Assembly: GCA_038103905.1 (NCBI GenBank)
Contig: JAYNZW010000001.1
Location: 144,818-208,817, forward strand
Direction: 5' to 3'
Length of the DNA stretch: 64,000 nt
From: Pelagibacteraceae bacterium
GTDB lineage: Bacteria; Pseudomonadota; Alphaproteobacteria; Pelagibacterales; AG-422-B15
Both the position numbers and the translations under genes were made by a program. Positions 9,411 through 20,027 of this stretch are shown piece by piece (the stretch's first letter is position 1; each line of letters opens with the position of its first letter). A model generated the notes under the pieces. The model was not told the origin of the DNA, did no database searches, and saw nothing but the letters and a program-made list of their open reading frames with translations.

Positions 9411-12200
9411 ATGACTAAAAAAAACCATCTATTTTTAATTGATGGCTCTGGATATATCTTTAGAGCTTACTATGCTCTACCTCCTTTGTACCGAAAAAGT
9501 GACGGCCTTCCAACAGGAGCTGTAAACGGTTTCTGTAATATGATTTATAAACTAGTAGAAGATACAAATCGTGATGTGAAACCATCACATATAGCTGTAA
9601 TATTTGATAGTGCAAGAAAGACATTTAGAAATGATATTTATAAAGATTATAAAGCAAATCGAGGAGAGCCTCCTGAAGATTTAATTCCACAGTTTCAAAT
9701 AATAAAAGACTCTGTGAAAGCTTTTGGTATTCAATCCATCGAATTACCTGGATTTGAGGCCGATGATATTATTGCTACATATGCACGAATTGGAAATGAA
9801 AAGGGTTGGCAAGTTTCAATTGTTTCTTCAGATAAAGACCTTATGCAGATTGTAGACAGAAATATTTCACTTATTGATACAATGAAAAATAAATCAATTG
9901 GACCAGATGAAGTTATAGAAAAATTTGGAGTTGAACCGAAAAAAGTTATAGATGTTCAAGCTTTGGCAGGTGACAGTTCAGATAATGTTCCAGGAGCACC
10001 AGGTATAGGAATTAAAACAGCAGCAACATTAATAAATGAATTTGGAAATCTAGAAAACTTACTTAAAAACTGTCATCAAATAAAGCAGAACAAAAGACGA
10101 GAGACATTAGAGAATTTTCAAGAACAAATTTTAATAAGCAAGAAGTTAGTTACGCTTAAAAACAATGTTAGTGATATTCCTACAATTGAACAACTTAAAA
10201 GTACTAAAGCTAATGTAAACGAACTAATTCCATTTTTAACTGATCTAGAGTTAAATAAACTAGCTGACAGAATAAAGAAAAAAAATCCTAACGTTGATCT
10301 TTCAATTAGTAAAAATAAAAATAAGGCGTCAATTTCAAATTTTGAGAAAAAACCAACCATTAAAAAAAATATCGATCAAACTGGCAATCAGAAAACAAAT
10401 TATTCAATGATAAATGATGAAAGTAAACTTGAAGAAATTATAAATCAAATCTCAAAACAAGATATGTTTGTATTTGATGTTGAAACAGACTCATTAGATA
10501 TACAAAAAGCAAAATTAGTTGGAATCTCTGTTTGTTTTAATTTAGAAAATTCTTTTTACATTCCAATTGGTCATCAAGAGGATACCAAACAATTAGAAAT
10601 TAGTCAGATTAAAAATAAATTAGCTCCACTTTTTAAATCTGAATCAATCATTAAGGTTGGGCATAATATTAAATTTGACATTGCTATTCTTCAAAAGTAT
10701 GAAATTCAGGTAAATAGTATTGATGATACGATGTTAATGTCTCTAGTATGTGATGCTGGAATAAATCGTCATAATATGGATGATTTGGCAAAAATTCATC
10801 TTAATCGTGAAACAATCAAATTCAAAGATGTAGTTGGCTCAGGTAAATCTCAATTAACATTTGACCAAGTCAAAATTTCTGAGGCTATAAATTATGCTGC
10901 AGAAGATTCAGAAATTACATTCAGACTTTATAAATTATTTAAGAAAAGAATACTCAACGAGAGAAACGCATCTGTTTATTATGAAATTGAAAGACCCCTA
11001 ATAAACTCTATTTTGAAGATGGAAACTAATGGAATGAAGGTTGATAATAATTATCTGAAAAATTTATCTAATGAATTTGAGCTCAGGATTAAAAATGTTG
11101 AAAAAAAGATTTTTAAGCTTGCAGGAAAAGAATTTAATATTGGATCACCTAAACAGTTATCGGAAATTTTATTTGATTTTCTAAAATTAAATCCCCCCAA
11201 AAAAACAAAATCTGGTGAAAGATCAACTGGTATCGAAGTTCTAGAGGATCTTGCGTATGAAGGAAATAAGATTGCGGAGCATATTATCGACTGGAGGCAA
11301 ATTTCAAAATTACGAAGTACTTATTCTGAAGCTCTTCAAGGCCATATTTCTAACGAAACAGGTAGAATTCATACTTCTTTTTCAATGGCGTCAACAAATA
11401 CTGGGAGACTGGCTTCATCAGATCCTAATCTTCAAAATATACCTATTAGAACTGATGAAGGTAGATCAATTCGTAAAGCCTTTATTGCTGAAAAAAATAA
11501 AACAATATTTTCTGCTGACTATAGTCAAATTGAATTAAGAGTTCTTGCACACATAGCTAATGTTGATCAGCTCAAAGAAGCTTTTAATAATAATGATGAT
11601 ATTCATAAGATGACAGCTTCAGAAATATTTAATGTTAAAATGAAAAATGTCACCAATGATCTGAGGAGACAAGCTAAAGCAGTGAACTTTGGAATTATTT
11701 ATGGAATTTCAGCATATGGATTGGCTAAACAACTCAGTATATCCAATTTTGAGGCTTCAGATTTTATAAAAAAATATTTTAATAAATTTAGTGGAATAAA
11801 AGATTTTATGGAAAATACAAAGGAGTTATGCCGTCAAAACGGTTATGTTGAGACATTATGTGGACGAAAATGTTTTTTCCCTCGAATAAAAGATAAAAAT
11901 TTTGCTTTACGATCTTTTCAAGAAAGAGCTGCAATAAATGCTCCAATTCAAGGAACTGCAGCAGATATAATTAAATATGCTATGATAAAAATAGATAAGA
12001 AGTTGAATAATAATGAAGATTGTAAAATGATTTTACAAGTACACGATGAATTAATTTTTGAAATTCAAAAGAGTAAAATTGAAAAATATTCTAATTTAAT
12101 AATAAATGAAATGCAAAATGCTCTAGAGCCTCATACTAAATTAAGTATACCTTTGATAGTTGATAGCAACTCTGGTAAAAATTGGAATGAGGCGCATTAA
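9411..12200 (+). CDS. polA: DNA polymerase I
   Basis: 5'-nuclease N-terminus LIDGSGYIFRAYYA and 3'-5' exonuclease motif FDVETDSL. Polymerase motifs are A (DYSQIELRVLAH), B (RRQAKAVNFGIIYG) and C (QVHDEL). 929 aa. Confidence 0.95.
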   Translation: MTKKNHLFLIDGSGYIFRAYYALPPLYRKSDGLPTGAVNGFCNMIYKLVEDTNRDVKPSHIAVIFDSARKTFRNDIYKDYKANRGEPPEDLIPQFQIIKDSVKAFGIQSIELPGFEADDIIATYARIGNEKGWQVSIVSSDKDLMQIVDRNISLIDTMKNKSIGPDEVIEKFGVEPKKVIDVQALAGDSSDNVPGAPGIGIKTAATLINEFGNLENLLKNCHQIKQNKRRETLENFQEQILISKKLVTLKNNVSDIPTIEQLKSTKANVNELIPFLTDLELNKLADRIKKKNPNVDLSISKNKNKASISNFEKKPTIKKNIDQTGNQKTNYSMINDESKLEEIINQISKQDMFVFDVETDSLDIQKAKLVGISVCFNLENSFYIPIGHQEDTKQLEISQIKNKLAPLFKSESIIKVGHNIKFDIAILQKYEIQVNSIDDTMLMSLVCDAGINRHNMDDLAKIHLNRETIKFKDVVGSGKSQLTFDQVKISEAINYAAEDSEITFRLYKLFKKRILNERNASVYYEIERPLINSILKMETNGMKVDNNYLKNLSNEFELRIKNVEKKIFKLAGKEFNIGSPKQLSEILFDFLKLNPPKKTKSGERSTGIEVLEDLAYEGNKIAEHIIDWRQISKLRSTYSEALQGHISNETGRIHTSFSMASTNTGRLASSDPNLQNIPIRTDEGRSIRKAFIAEKNKTIFSADYSQIELRVLAHIANVDQLKEAFNNNDDIHKMTASEIFNVKMKNVTNDLRRQAKAVNFGIIYGISAYGLAKQLSISNFEASDFIKKYFNKFSGIKDFMENTKELCRQNGYVETLCGRKCFFPRIKDKNFALRSFQERAAINAPIQGTAADIIKYAMIKIDKKLNNNEDCKMILQVHDELIFEIQKSKIEKYSNLIINEMQNALEPHTKLSIPLIVDSNSGKNWNEAH

Positions 12201-12976
12201 TGAGTGAAGTAATAGTTCTAGTTACAGGTGGTTTTGATCCTATTCATAGTGGCCATATTTTATATTTGAAAGATGCAAAAAAACTTGGTGATAAACTCAT
12301 CGTAGGAGTTAATTCTGATCAATGGTTGATAAATAAAAAAGGAAGCCCCTTTATGCCTATAGATGAAAGGATTAATATAATTTCAAATTTATCAGTAGTT
12401 GATGAAGCTATTGAATTTGAAGATGATAAATTTAATTCTGCAAGTGGTGCAATTCATAAGGTTCTTCAAAAATATCCTAATCATAAGATAATATTTGCAA
12501 ATGGTGGAGATCGAAATGATAAAAATATTCCAGAGATGAATGAATTTAGTGATCATCCTAATGTATTCTTTGAGTTTGGAGTAGGTGGAGATTATAAAAA
12601 AAATTCATCAAGTTGGATTCTTAAAAATTGGAATGGCACAAAAGAGATTAAACCATGGGGGTGGTATCGAGTTATTGATGACTCTGATGACCACAAAGTA
12701 AAGGAAATACTAGTAAATCCAAAATCTAGATTAAGTTTACAATCGCATAGTAAAAGATCAGAGGTTTGGACAGTAATTAAAGGTGAAGCATTAGTCACAA
12801 TAGACACAAAAACTTTTTTATTAAAAAAGAATGAGTCAACATTTATTCCTGCAGGGTCAGTGCATCGACTTGAAAATCAATTAGATAAGCCCCTTAGTAT
12901 AATTGAAATACAAACAGGATCTTATTTTGGTGAAGATGATATTAAGAGATTTGAAGATGATTATAATAGGTCATAA
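12200..12976 (+). CDS. Fusion protein: cytidylyl/adenylyltransferase-like domain + type-II phosphomannose-isomerase-like cupin
   Basis: The N-terminal half has TGGFDPIHSGHILYL, an HxGH nucleotidyltransferase motif of RfaE-II/TagD type. The C-terminal half has KPWGWYRVI...RLSLQSHSKRSEVWTVIKG...VHRLEN, a cupin of GMP/PMI type. The start overlaps the polA stop (TAATG). Confidence 0.7.
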   Translation: MSEVIVLVTGGFDPIHSGHILYLKDAKKLGDKLIVGVNSDQWLINKKGSPFMPIDERINIISNLSVVDEAIEFEDDKFNSASGAIHKVLQKYPNHKIIFANGGDRNDKNIPEMNEFSDHPNVFFEFGVGGDYKKNSSSWILKNWNGTKEIKPWGWYRVIDDSDDHKVKEILVNPKSRLSLQSHSKRSEVWTVIKGEALVTIDTKTFLLKKNESTFIPAGSVHRLENQLDKPLSIIEIQTGSYFGEDDIKRFEDDYNRS

Positions 12977-12979
12977 TTA

Positions 12980-14248
12980 ATGAAAACTTTATCACCAAAA
13001 TATTACTTAATTATATTTCTATTTTTAAATATAATTAACTTTGTTGATAGAAATATACTCTTTGCTTTTGGTGACACAATTAAAACAGAGTTTGCTCTAA
13101 CAAATACTCAATGGGGCCTTCTCACAGGCTTAGTTTTTTTATTTTCATATTCTGTTGCCTCAGTTTTTATCGGTGTTTTAGGTGATAGATTTAGTAGAAC
13201 TAAAATTATTGGAATAGGTATTATGTTTTGGAGTGCGATGACAGCTCTAACAGGCCTTGCAAAAAATATTTCAACTTTATTTTTATCAAGAGCACTAATT
13301 GGAGTTGGTGAGTCTTCACTTTCGCCCAATGCTATGTCTATGTTAAGTGACGTTTATTCTCAGGAAAGAAGAGGACTTGCAACTGCTATTTACTATTTAG
13401 GAATACCTCTAGGAGTTGGGATTGGGTTTCTGATAGCAAGTATCTTTGGTCCTATTTTTGGCTGGAGAAATATTTTTATTTCTCTTGGGGTTATTGGAGT
13501 CATAGTTGGTTTCTTAATTTATTTTCTAACTGAACCTGCACGAGGAGCATTTGATAAAAAAGATGATGCAAATACAGAACAATCAAAAATAAGTGATATT
13601 ATTAAACTCGCCTTTAAATCAATTACGAGCTCAAGATCTCTCTGGCTGATAATGTTGGGTGGCGTGATAGGTCATATACCCCTGGGCGTGGGAGGCTTTG
13701 ATACTGTGTGGGCTGTGCAGGAACGTGGATTTAAAGAAGAAGAATACACTGCAATATTTGGCCTCTTCTTTGTTATCGGAGGCTCAATAGGAGCTATTTT
13801 TGGAGGTTTTGTTGGTGATTATTTTGCAAAGAGATACAAGGCAGGAGCTATGTTGGCTCTAATTGTTATTTACATGTTTTTAATTCCAATGAGTATTTAT
13901 TATAGATTTGCTTCTCCTGATAGTATCTATTTTTATGTTGCTCTCTTCTTAATTACTTTTCAAGTTACAGTTTTTTATGGACCTACATTTGCCGCTGTTC
14001 AATCTTTGTCTCCATATAAGGTAAGAACATCAATTCTTGCAATTTGGATTTTAGCAGTAAATATCGTAGGTATGGGCATAGGTAGCTTTTTTACAGGCTA
14101 TTTATCTGATACAATTTTTGCTGATTTCAAAGATCCATTATCATGGTCTACATCCTTAATGGCTGCATTTACCTTTTTATCTCTTCTCTGCTATCACTTA
14201 GCAAGAAAAACATATGATGAAGATATTAAAAAAGCTCAGTTAAGTTAA
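12980..14248 (+). CDS. MFS transporter
   Basis: About 12 hydrophobic helices and the MFS loop motif [13 protein letters not shown] after TM2. 422 aa. Confidence 0.8.
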   Translation: MKTLSPKYYLIIFLFLNIINFVDRNILFAFGDTIKTEFALTNTQWGLLTGLVFLFSYSVASVFIGVLGDRFSRTKIIGIGIMFWSAMTALTGLAKNISTLFLSRALIGVGESSLSPNAMSMLSDVYSQERRGLATAIYYLGIPLGVGIGFLIASIFGPIFGWRNIFISLGVIGVIVGFLIYFLTEPARGAFDKKDDANTEQSKISDIIKLAFKSITSSRSLWLIMLGGVIGHIPLGVGGFDTVWAVQERGFKEEEYTAIFGLFFVIGGSIGAIFGGFVGDYFAKRYKAGAMLALIVIYMFLIPMSIYYRFASPDSIYFYVALFLITFQVTVFYGPTFAAVQSLSPYKVRTSILAIWILAVNIVGMGIGSFFTGYLSDTIFADFKDPLSWSTSLMAAFTFLSLLCYHLARKTYDEDIKKAQLS

Positions 14249-15846
14249 GCTTTTACTGGACCAGAAGACCTTACATTATCATCGACATTACCCTCAAACT
14301 TTACAAAGTTTTCAATAAACATGGATACAAGTTTTTTTGCTTGTAAGTCGTAAGCCTTAGGATCATTCCATGAATTTTTTGGATTAAGTATTTTAGAATT
14401 CACATTACTTACATGAAGTGGAACTTCAAAGCCAAAGTTTTCATCTTTTCTCATTTCAGTATTAGCTAGTTCACCTGAAAGTGCTGCATTAAGTAAAGTT
14501 CTCGTATCTTTAATGCTTATTCGTTTTCCAACACCATAAACTCCACCAATCCATCCTGTATTGACGAGCCAGCAATCTACATCAAATTCAGAAATTTTCT
14601 TTTTCAAAAGATCACCGTACTCAATAGGATTTCTTGGCATAAACGGTCCACCAAAGCATGTTGAAAAAGTTGCTTGAGGCTCATTGCCCAAGCCCATTTC
14701 TGTTCCAGCAACTTTTGCAGTATAGCCTGATAAAAAATGGTACATCGCTTGAGAGGGAGATAATTTTGAAATTGGAGGCAATACACCAAACGCATCCGCA
14801 GTTAACATGATTATATTTTTTGGATGAGATGTTTTTCCACTAAGTGTTACATTTGGGATAAAATCTAAAGGGTATGCACCTCTTGTATTTTCAGTTAATG
14901 AATTGTCATCTAGATCGAGATCCCCATCAGATTTAAGAACTGCGTTTTCAATTACCGTTAACTTTTTCTGCGTAGTTGCATATATTTCTGGTTCAGCTTC
15001 CTGCGATAGTCTAATTAACTTGGCATAACAGCCACCTTCAAAATTAAATAGGCCTTCATCAGACCAGCCATGTTCATCATCACCAAGCAAGGATCTTCCA
15101 GGATCTGCACTTAAAGTGGTTTTTCCAGTTCCCGAAAGACCAAAAAATATTGCTGAGTCTCCGTCAGGGCCAGTATTAACAGAACAATGCATAGGCATAA
15201 TACTTTTTTCAGGTAGAAAAAAATTTAACAGAGTAAAAACAGATTTTTTAGTTTCGCCAGCATACTCAGTACCGCCGATTAAAATTATTTTTTTTTCTAG
15301 ATTTATCGCTATTACCGTTTCACTATTCGTACCATGTATCTTAGGAATCATTTTTAGATTAGGGAAATTTATAATTGTAAACTCACTATTGTAGTTTTGG
15401 AGTTCGTCTGATGTAGGTCTTACCAATAGGTGTCGTGCAAAAAGACCATGCCATGCATATTCAGTAATAATTGTTACAGGTAATGAATTTTTTCTATCAG
15501 CCCCCCCTAAAAGATCATGAACATATATTACTTTATCTTTCGAATACTCTGAAAATGTATCTAAAATTTTATCAAAGTGATCTTCAGATATTTCAACATT
15601 CGTTTCGCCAAAATCTATTTTGGATCCATGAATTTTATCTTTTACAAAAAATTTATCATTTGCTGATCGACCGGTGTGTTTTCCTGTCTTGACTACAAGT
15701 GCGCCATATTTTGATAAACGACCTTCATTAGTTTCTGATGAGATTTTATATAATTCATCAGAGCTTAGATTTCTATGTACTTTTGAGGCATTATTTATAA
15801 AGATTGAATTTAAGCTATTTTCCATAAGTGATGGCCAATAAAACAT
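14245..15846 (-). CDS. pckA: Phosphoenolpyruvate carboxykinase (ATP)
   Basis: Motifs GRSANDKF, kinase-1a [18 protein letters not shown] and VNTGW. 533 aa. Confidence 0.95.
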   Translation of the reverse strand: MFYWPSLMENSLNSIFINNASKVHRNLSSDELYKISSETNEGRLSKYGALVVKTGKHTGRSANDKFFVKDKIHGSKIDFGETNVEISEDHFDKILDTFSEYSKDKVIYVHDLLGGADRKNSLPVTIITEYAWHGLFARHLLVRPTSDELQNYNSEFTIINFPNLKMIPKIHGTNSETVIAINLEKKIILIGGTEYAGETKKSVFTLLNFFLPEKSIMPMHCSVNTGPDGDSAIFFGLSGTGKTTLSADPGRSLLGDDEHGWSDEGLFNFEGGCYAKLIRLSQEAEPEIYATTQKKLTVIENAVLKSDGDLDLDDNSLTENTRGAYPLDFIPNVTLSGKTSHPKNIIMLTADAFGVLPPISKLSPSQAMYHFLSGYTAKVAGTEMGLGNEPQATFSTCFGGPFMPRNPIEYGDLLKKKISEFDVDCWLVNTGWIGGVYGVGKRISIKDTRTLLNAALSGELANTEMRKDENFGFEVPLHVSNVNSKILNPKNSWNDPKAYDLQAKKLVSMFIENFVKFEGNVDDNVRSSGPVKA

Positions 15847-15958
15847 ATTTCACAATCTATGTTAAGTTTAAATTTTGATATATTATGGGGATAAGTGAAT
15901 AGATATTTTTGATGATTTAGGCCATTTTAATGACACAAATAAACTTACAATATGTCTT

Positions 15959-16657
15959 ATGAAGCATACCGTAGCACTAGTTGATGATGATCGTAATATT
16001 TTGATATCACTCGAAGAAATTCTAAAAAAAGAAAATTTTTCAATTCAAAGTTACTCTGACGGGGATTCGGCATTAAAAGGAATGTATCGAATTCCCCCAG
16101 ATATTGCAGTTATTGATATTAAAATGCCAAAAATGGATGGCTATGAGTTATTCAGAAAGATTAGAGAGAAACTTAAGATTCCGGTAATTTTCCTTACATC
16201 AAAAGATAAAGAGGTTGATCGTTTAAAAGGACTGATGCATGGCGCTGATAATTATGTAACAAAAGGTGGAAATTTTTCTAAGCAAATATTGGTTGAGACA
16301 ATAAAGAATACCCTCAACCGTATTAAAATTGAATCTGATCAGCAAAATAGTAATGATATTATTGTTTATAAGGATTTGAGAATGGATTGCGCAAAGCAAG
16401 AATGTGAATGGAAAAATAAACCCTTATTGGATCCATTAACAACTACGGAGTTTAAGATCATTAAAGAACTTGTAATTAAGCCTGGTATAGTCAAAACTCG
16501 AGATCGATTAATGGATATCGCTTATAAAGATGATTTATATGTCGATGATAGGACTATAGATAGCCATGTAAAGAGAATAAGAAAAAAATTCAAAAAAATT
16601 GATCCAGAATTTCAGTCTATTAACACTTTATATGGTTCAGGATATCAATGGAAATAA
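15959..16657 (+). CDS. chvI: OmpR-family response regulator, ChvI/BvrR-like by synteny
   Basis: Receiver motifs LVDDD and VIDIKMPKMDG plus a winged-helix C-terminus TIDSHVKRIRKKF...GSGYQW. It is divergent from pckA and upstream of a HAMP kinase, as in Rhizobiales chvI-chvG. Confidence 0.7.
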   Translation: MKHTVALVDDDRNILISLEEILKKENFSIQSYSDGDSALKGMYRIPPDIAVIDIKMPKMDGYELFRKIREKLKIPVIFLTSKDKEVDRLKGLMHGADNYVTKGGNFSKQILVETIKNTLNRIKIESDQQNSNDIIVYKDLRMDCAKQECEWKNKPLLDPLTTTEFKIIKELVIKPGIVKTRDRLMDIAYKDDLYVDDRTIDSHVKRIRKKFKKIDPEFQSINTLYGSGYQWK

Positions 16658-16684
16658 ATATAATTTTCATTAATATTATGTATC

Positions 16685-18205
16685 TTGAATAGCTTATTTA
16701 AAAAATTTTTATTTTATAATATTTTAGGATTTCTTCTTTTAGGTATCTTATCAATTCTTATAATTATTCTATCAAATAATTATCAATTAAATAAGAGATT
16801 ATCTCTTATTCAGACTCAAGCATTAATTTCATACAACTATATTAACTCAATTAATTTTCAAAAAGTAAATATTGAAAATCTCTCTAAAGAAGAACTTTAT
16901 GCAAATCTTGAATTAAAAAATTTATCTATAATCATAATTGATAAGGATAAAAATATTTTTTTTGATTCAAAGGGGTATGATTTAGCAAAAGAAGGATTTA
17001 TTTCAGAAAAGAAAGTGTCTATTGGCGAAGAAGTTAATATCATAGATAATGAACTTGAAAAAGAAGGTCTTGATTTAGGAAGAAACTTCTTAGTAAATAA
17101 AGAATTTGAGAGTTTTTTTAAGAAATCTTATGACGGTTCAAAATCTAAATTTTCAATTACTCTAGATAACAATCGGCTGTTATTATTTTCGATATTTCCA
17201 TTTGAAGCCTTTGATGAAAATTTATTTATTGTTGCCTATGAAGATAACTCAGAGATTAATGTAATTAATGAACAGGTTAGACTTAATATCTTTTTAAGCT
17301 TTTTGGCCATTATTTTATCATTAATGATCTTTTCAGTTTTTTTAAATTTTTTCATTCTGCAGCCAATAAAAATATTAGCCCAATCAGCAGCAGATATTGG
17401 AAAAAACTTAAAATCAAAACCAAAAATTGACGAACTTGGAAAAAGACAAGATGAAATAGGTGATTTATCAAAAACTTTAAATGAAATGCTAGAAAATTTA
17501 TATGAAAAAATAAATGACACTGAGAAGTATTCTGCTGATTTAATGCATGAGATAAGAAACCCTCTAGCTTCAATAAAAATGGCAAGTGAAGTTATATATG
17601 ACAAAACTGATCAAGATTATCAAAAGTTCATTGAGATGATTGAAGCAGATATAATGAGGATAGAAAATATAATTACAGATTACTCAGCAATGATTAAGGA
17701 TGAGGCTAGATTATCAACGAGCGAATCAAAAGTTTTTAATATTAAAGAATTGATGGGAGAGATTATAAATGAATACGAAAAATTAAATATTAATAACATA
17801 GGATTTGCTACTATTTCTGATAATAGTACAGATGATAAATTTAATATAAAAGGTCAATCATCTTTTTTGCGTCAGGCTATTCAAAATATAATTGATAACG
17901 CAATCTCATTCTCTAATAATGGCGATCAAATTACATTAAATTTATCTTCAACAAGCAATTATATAAGTTTATCAATTTCTGATAATGGACCTGGAATTAA
18001 AGAGCCAATTTTTGAGAAAATTTTTGAGAGATTTTATTCTCTGAGAGATAATGATGATAATCTTCAAATTCATTCAGGCCTTGGATTAAATATAGCAAAA
18101 CAAATTGTGGACTCTCATCAAGGTTATATTTCAGCAAATAACTTACTTGATAATGATAGAATAATAGGAGCAAGATTTATCATTAATTTACCTATTGCTA
18201 AATAA
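16685..18205 (+). CDS. chvG: Sensor histidine kinase, ChvG/BvrS/ExoS-like by synteny
   Basis: Two TM helices flank a roughly 170-aa periplasmic segment. A HAMP-like linker is followed by the H-box LMHEIRNPLASI, the N-box QNIIDNAISFS, and DNGPGI / GLGLNIAKQ. The start is TTG in the track and is uncertain. Confidence 0.7.
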   Translation: MNSLFKKFLFYNILGFLLLGILSILIIILSNNYQLNKRLSLIQTQALISYNYINSINFQKVNIENLSKEELYANLELKNLSIIIIDKDKNIFFDSKGYDLAKEGFISEKKVSIGEEVNIIDNELEKEGLDLGRNFLVNKEFESFFKKSYDGSKSKFSITLDNNRLLLFSIFPFEAFDENLFIVAYEDNSEINVINEQVRLNIFLSFLAIILSLMIFSVFLNFFILQPIKILAQSAADIGKNLKSKPKIDELGKRQDEIGDLSKTLNEMLENLYEKINDTEKYSADLMHEIRNPLASIKMASEVIYDKTDQDYQKFIEMIEADIMRIENIITDYSAMIKDEARLSTSESKVFNIKELMGEIINEYEKLNINNIGFATISDNSTDDKFNIKGQSSFLRQAIQNIIDNAISFSNNGDQITLNLSSTSNYISLSISDNGPGIKEPIFEKIFERFYSLRDNDDNLQIHSGLGLNIAKQIVDSHQGYISANNLLDNDRIIGARFIINLPIAK

Positions 18206-18251
18206 GCTATAACTGTTAAAAAATTATTTAAATTTAATTAATATATAAATT

Positions 18252-19547
18252 ATGACTGAAACTAATGATTATAAAGTAGCTGATATTGAATTGGCAGAAT
18301 TTGGAAGGAAAGAAATATCTCTTGCTGAAACTGAGATGCCAGGACTAATGGCACTCAGAAGTGAATACGGTAAGGAGAAACCGCTAAAGGGAGCCCGAAT
18401 TGTTGGATGTCTTCATATGACTATTCAGACAGCGGTCTTAATTGAAACATTAGTTGAATTGGGTGCTGATGTTAGATGGTCGTCGTGTAATATCTTTTCT
18501 ACACAAGATCATGCTGCAGCCGCCATAGCCAAAGCAGGTATACCTGTTTTTGCGTGGAAAGGTGAAACAGAGGAAGAGTATTGGTGGTGTGTAAGACAAA
18601 CTATTGAAGGTAAAGACGGCTGGCGACCAAATATGATACTAGATGATGGTGGTGACTTAACAGCATTGATGCATAAAGAATATAAAGAATTACTAAATGA
18701 TGTTAAGGGTTTGTCTGAGGAAACAACTACAGGAGTTCTTGCTCTTAAAAAAATGGAATCAGATGGAACTCTTCTAGTACCAGCAATCAATGTTAATGAC
18801 TCAGTTACAAAATCAAAATTTGATAATCTTTACGGCTGTAGAGAAAGTTTAGTTGATGGAATTAAAAGAGCCACAGATGTTATGATGTCTGGAAAAGTTG
18901 CAATAGTTGCTGGGTTTGGGGATGTAGGAAAAGGAAGTGCAGCATCTTTAAGACAAAGTGGAGCAAGAGTTATGGTTACAGAAACCGATCCTATTTGTGC
19001 TCTACAAGCAGCGATGGAAGGCTATGAGGTTGTTTTAATGGATGAAATGATCAAAGAAGCAGATATTGTTGTAACAGCGACAGGCAATAAAGATATTGTA
19101 ACCGCAGATCACGTCAGAGACATGAAAGATAGAGCTATACTTTGTAACATTGGTCATTTTGATAATGAGATACAAGTTGATGCACTCAGAAATTATAAAT
19201 GGGATGAAATTAAGCCTCAAGTTCATGAGATCACACTTCCTGACGGAAAAAGAATTATTTTATTAGCAGAGGGACGTCTCGTTAACCTTGGTTGTGCCAC
19301 TGGTCACCCAAGCTTTGTTATGAGCGCTTCATTCACTAATCAGGTGACGGCTCAAATGGAGCTGTGGAATAACTCTGAAAATTATGAAAAAAAGTTATAT
19401 GTTCTTCCAAAGCACCTTGATGAAAAGGTTGCCAGACTACATTTAGAGAAGGTTGGAGCTAAATTGACTAAACTTTCAAAAGATAAGGCAGACTATATCA
19501 GTGTAACACAAGAAGGCCCATACAAGCCCGAAGCATATAGATACTAA
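18252..19547 (+). CDS. ahcY: Adenosylhomocysteinase
   Basis: Motifs [25 protein letters not shown] fold [12 protein letters not shown] and GHFDNEI, with a C-terminal YKPEAYRY. 431 aa. Confidence 0.95.
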   Translation: MTETNDYKVADIELAEFGRKEISLAETEMPGLMALRSEYGKEKPLKGARIVGCLHMTIQTAVLIETLVELGADVRWSSCNIFSTQDHAAAAIAKAGIPVFAWKGETEEEYWWCVRQTIEGKDGWRPNMILDDGGDLTALMHKEYKELLNDVKGLSEETTTGVLALKKMESDGTLLVPAINVNDSVTKSKFDNLYGCRESLVDGIKRATDVMMSGKVAIVAGFGDVGKGSAASLRQSGARVMVTETDPICALQAAMEGYEVVLMDEMIKEADIVVTATGNKDIVTADHVRDMKDRAILCNIGHFDNEIQVDALRNYKWDEIKPQVHEITLPDGKRIILLAEGRLVNLGCATGHPSFVMSASFTNQVTAQMELWNNSENYEKKLYVLPKHLDEKVARLHLEKVGAKLTKLSKDKADYISVTQEGPYKPEAYRY

Positions 19548-19574
19548 TCCAGAAATAAGTGTTATCATTTAAAG

Positions 19575-20027
19575 ATGATTGTCTCTAACGAGAAGGACAC
19601 ACAAAATATTGCAAATAAAATTGCCAATAGTATCAATGGCACTAATCTTGTTTTATGTCTGAATGGTGACTTAGGAGCAGGCAAAACAACTTTTACAAGA
19701 CATCTAATTCGTAATCTTCAAAATGATAAATTTGCCAATGAAATTCCTAGTCCAACATTCACGCTTCTTCAAATTTATGACTATCAATTAGGGCAGATAT
19801 ATCATTATGACTTTTATCGGTTAGACAAAATAGAAGAGCTCTTTGAATTAAATTTTTCAGAATCACTGAGAAATAATATTTGTATAATTGAGTGGGCCAA
19901 TAAGTTTAAAAAAGCACTTCCAGTAGATAGAGTAGAAATAGATTTTGAAATCATTTCTGAAAATTCTCGAAAGCTTAAATTTAATTTTTCAGGAAAATTT
20001 AAAAAAGATTTTTTTCAATGGCTATAA
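19575..20027 (+). CDS. tsaE: tRNA t6A biosynthesis ATPase TsaE
   Basis: P-loop GDLGAGKTTFTR and the motifs SPTFTL, HYDFYRL and IEW. 150 aa. Confidence 0.85.
   Translation: MIVSNEKDTQNIANKIANSINGTNLVLCLNGDLGAGKTTFTRHLIRNLQNDKFANEIPSPTFTLLQIYDYQLGQIYHYDFYRLDKIEELFELNFSESLRNNICIIEWANKFKKALPVDRVEIDFEIISENSRKLKFNFSGKFKKDFFQWL

Noticed and set aside
18206-18251. SAH riboswitch upstream of ahcY
   Set aside because: The spacer is only 46 nt of nearly pure A/T with no GC-containing pairing elements. That is too short and too unstructured for the known SAH riboswitch fold.
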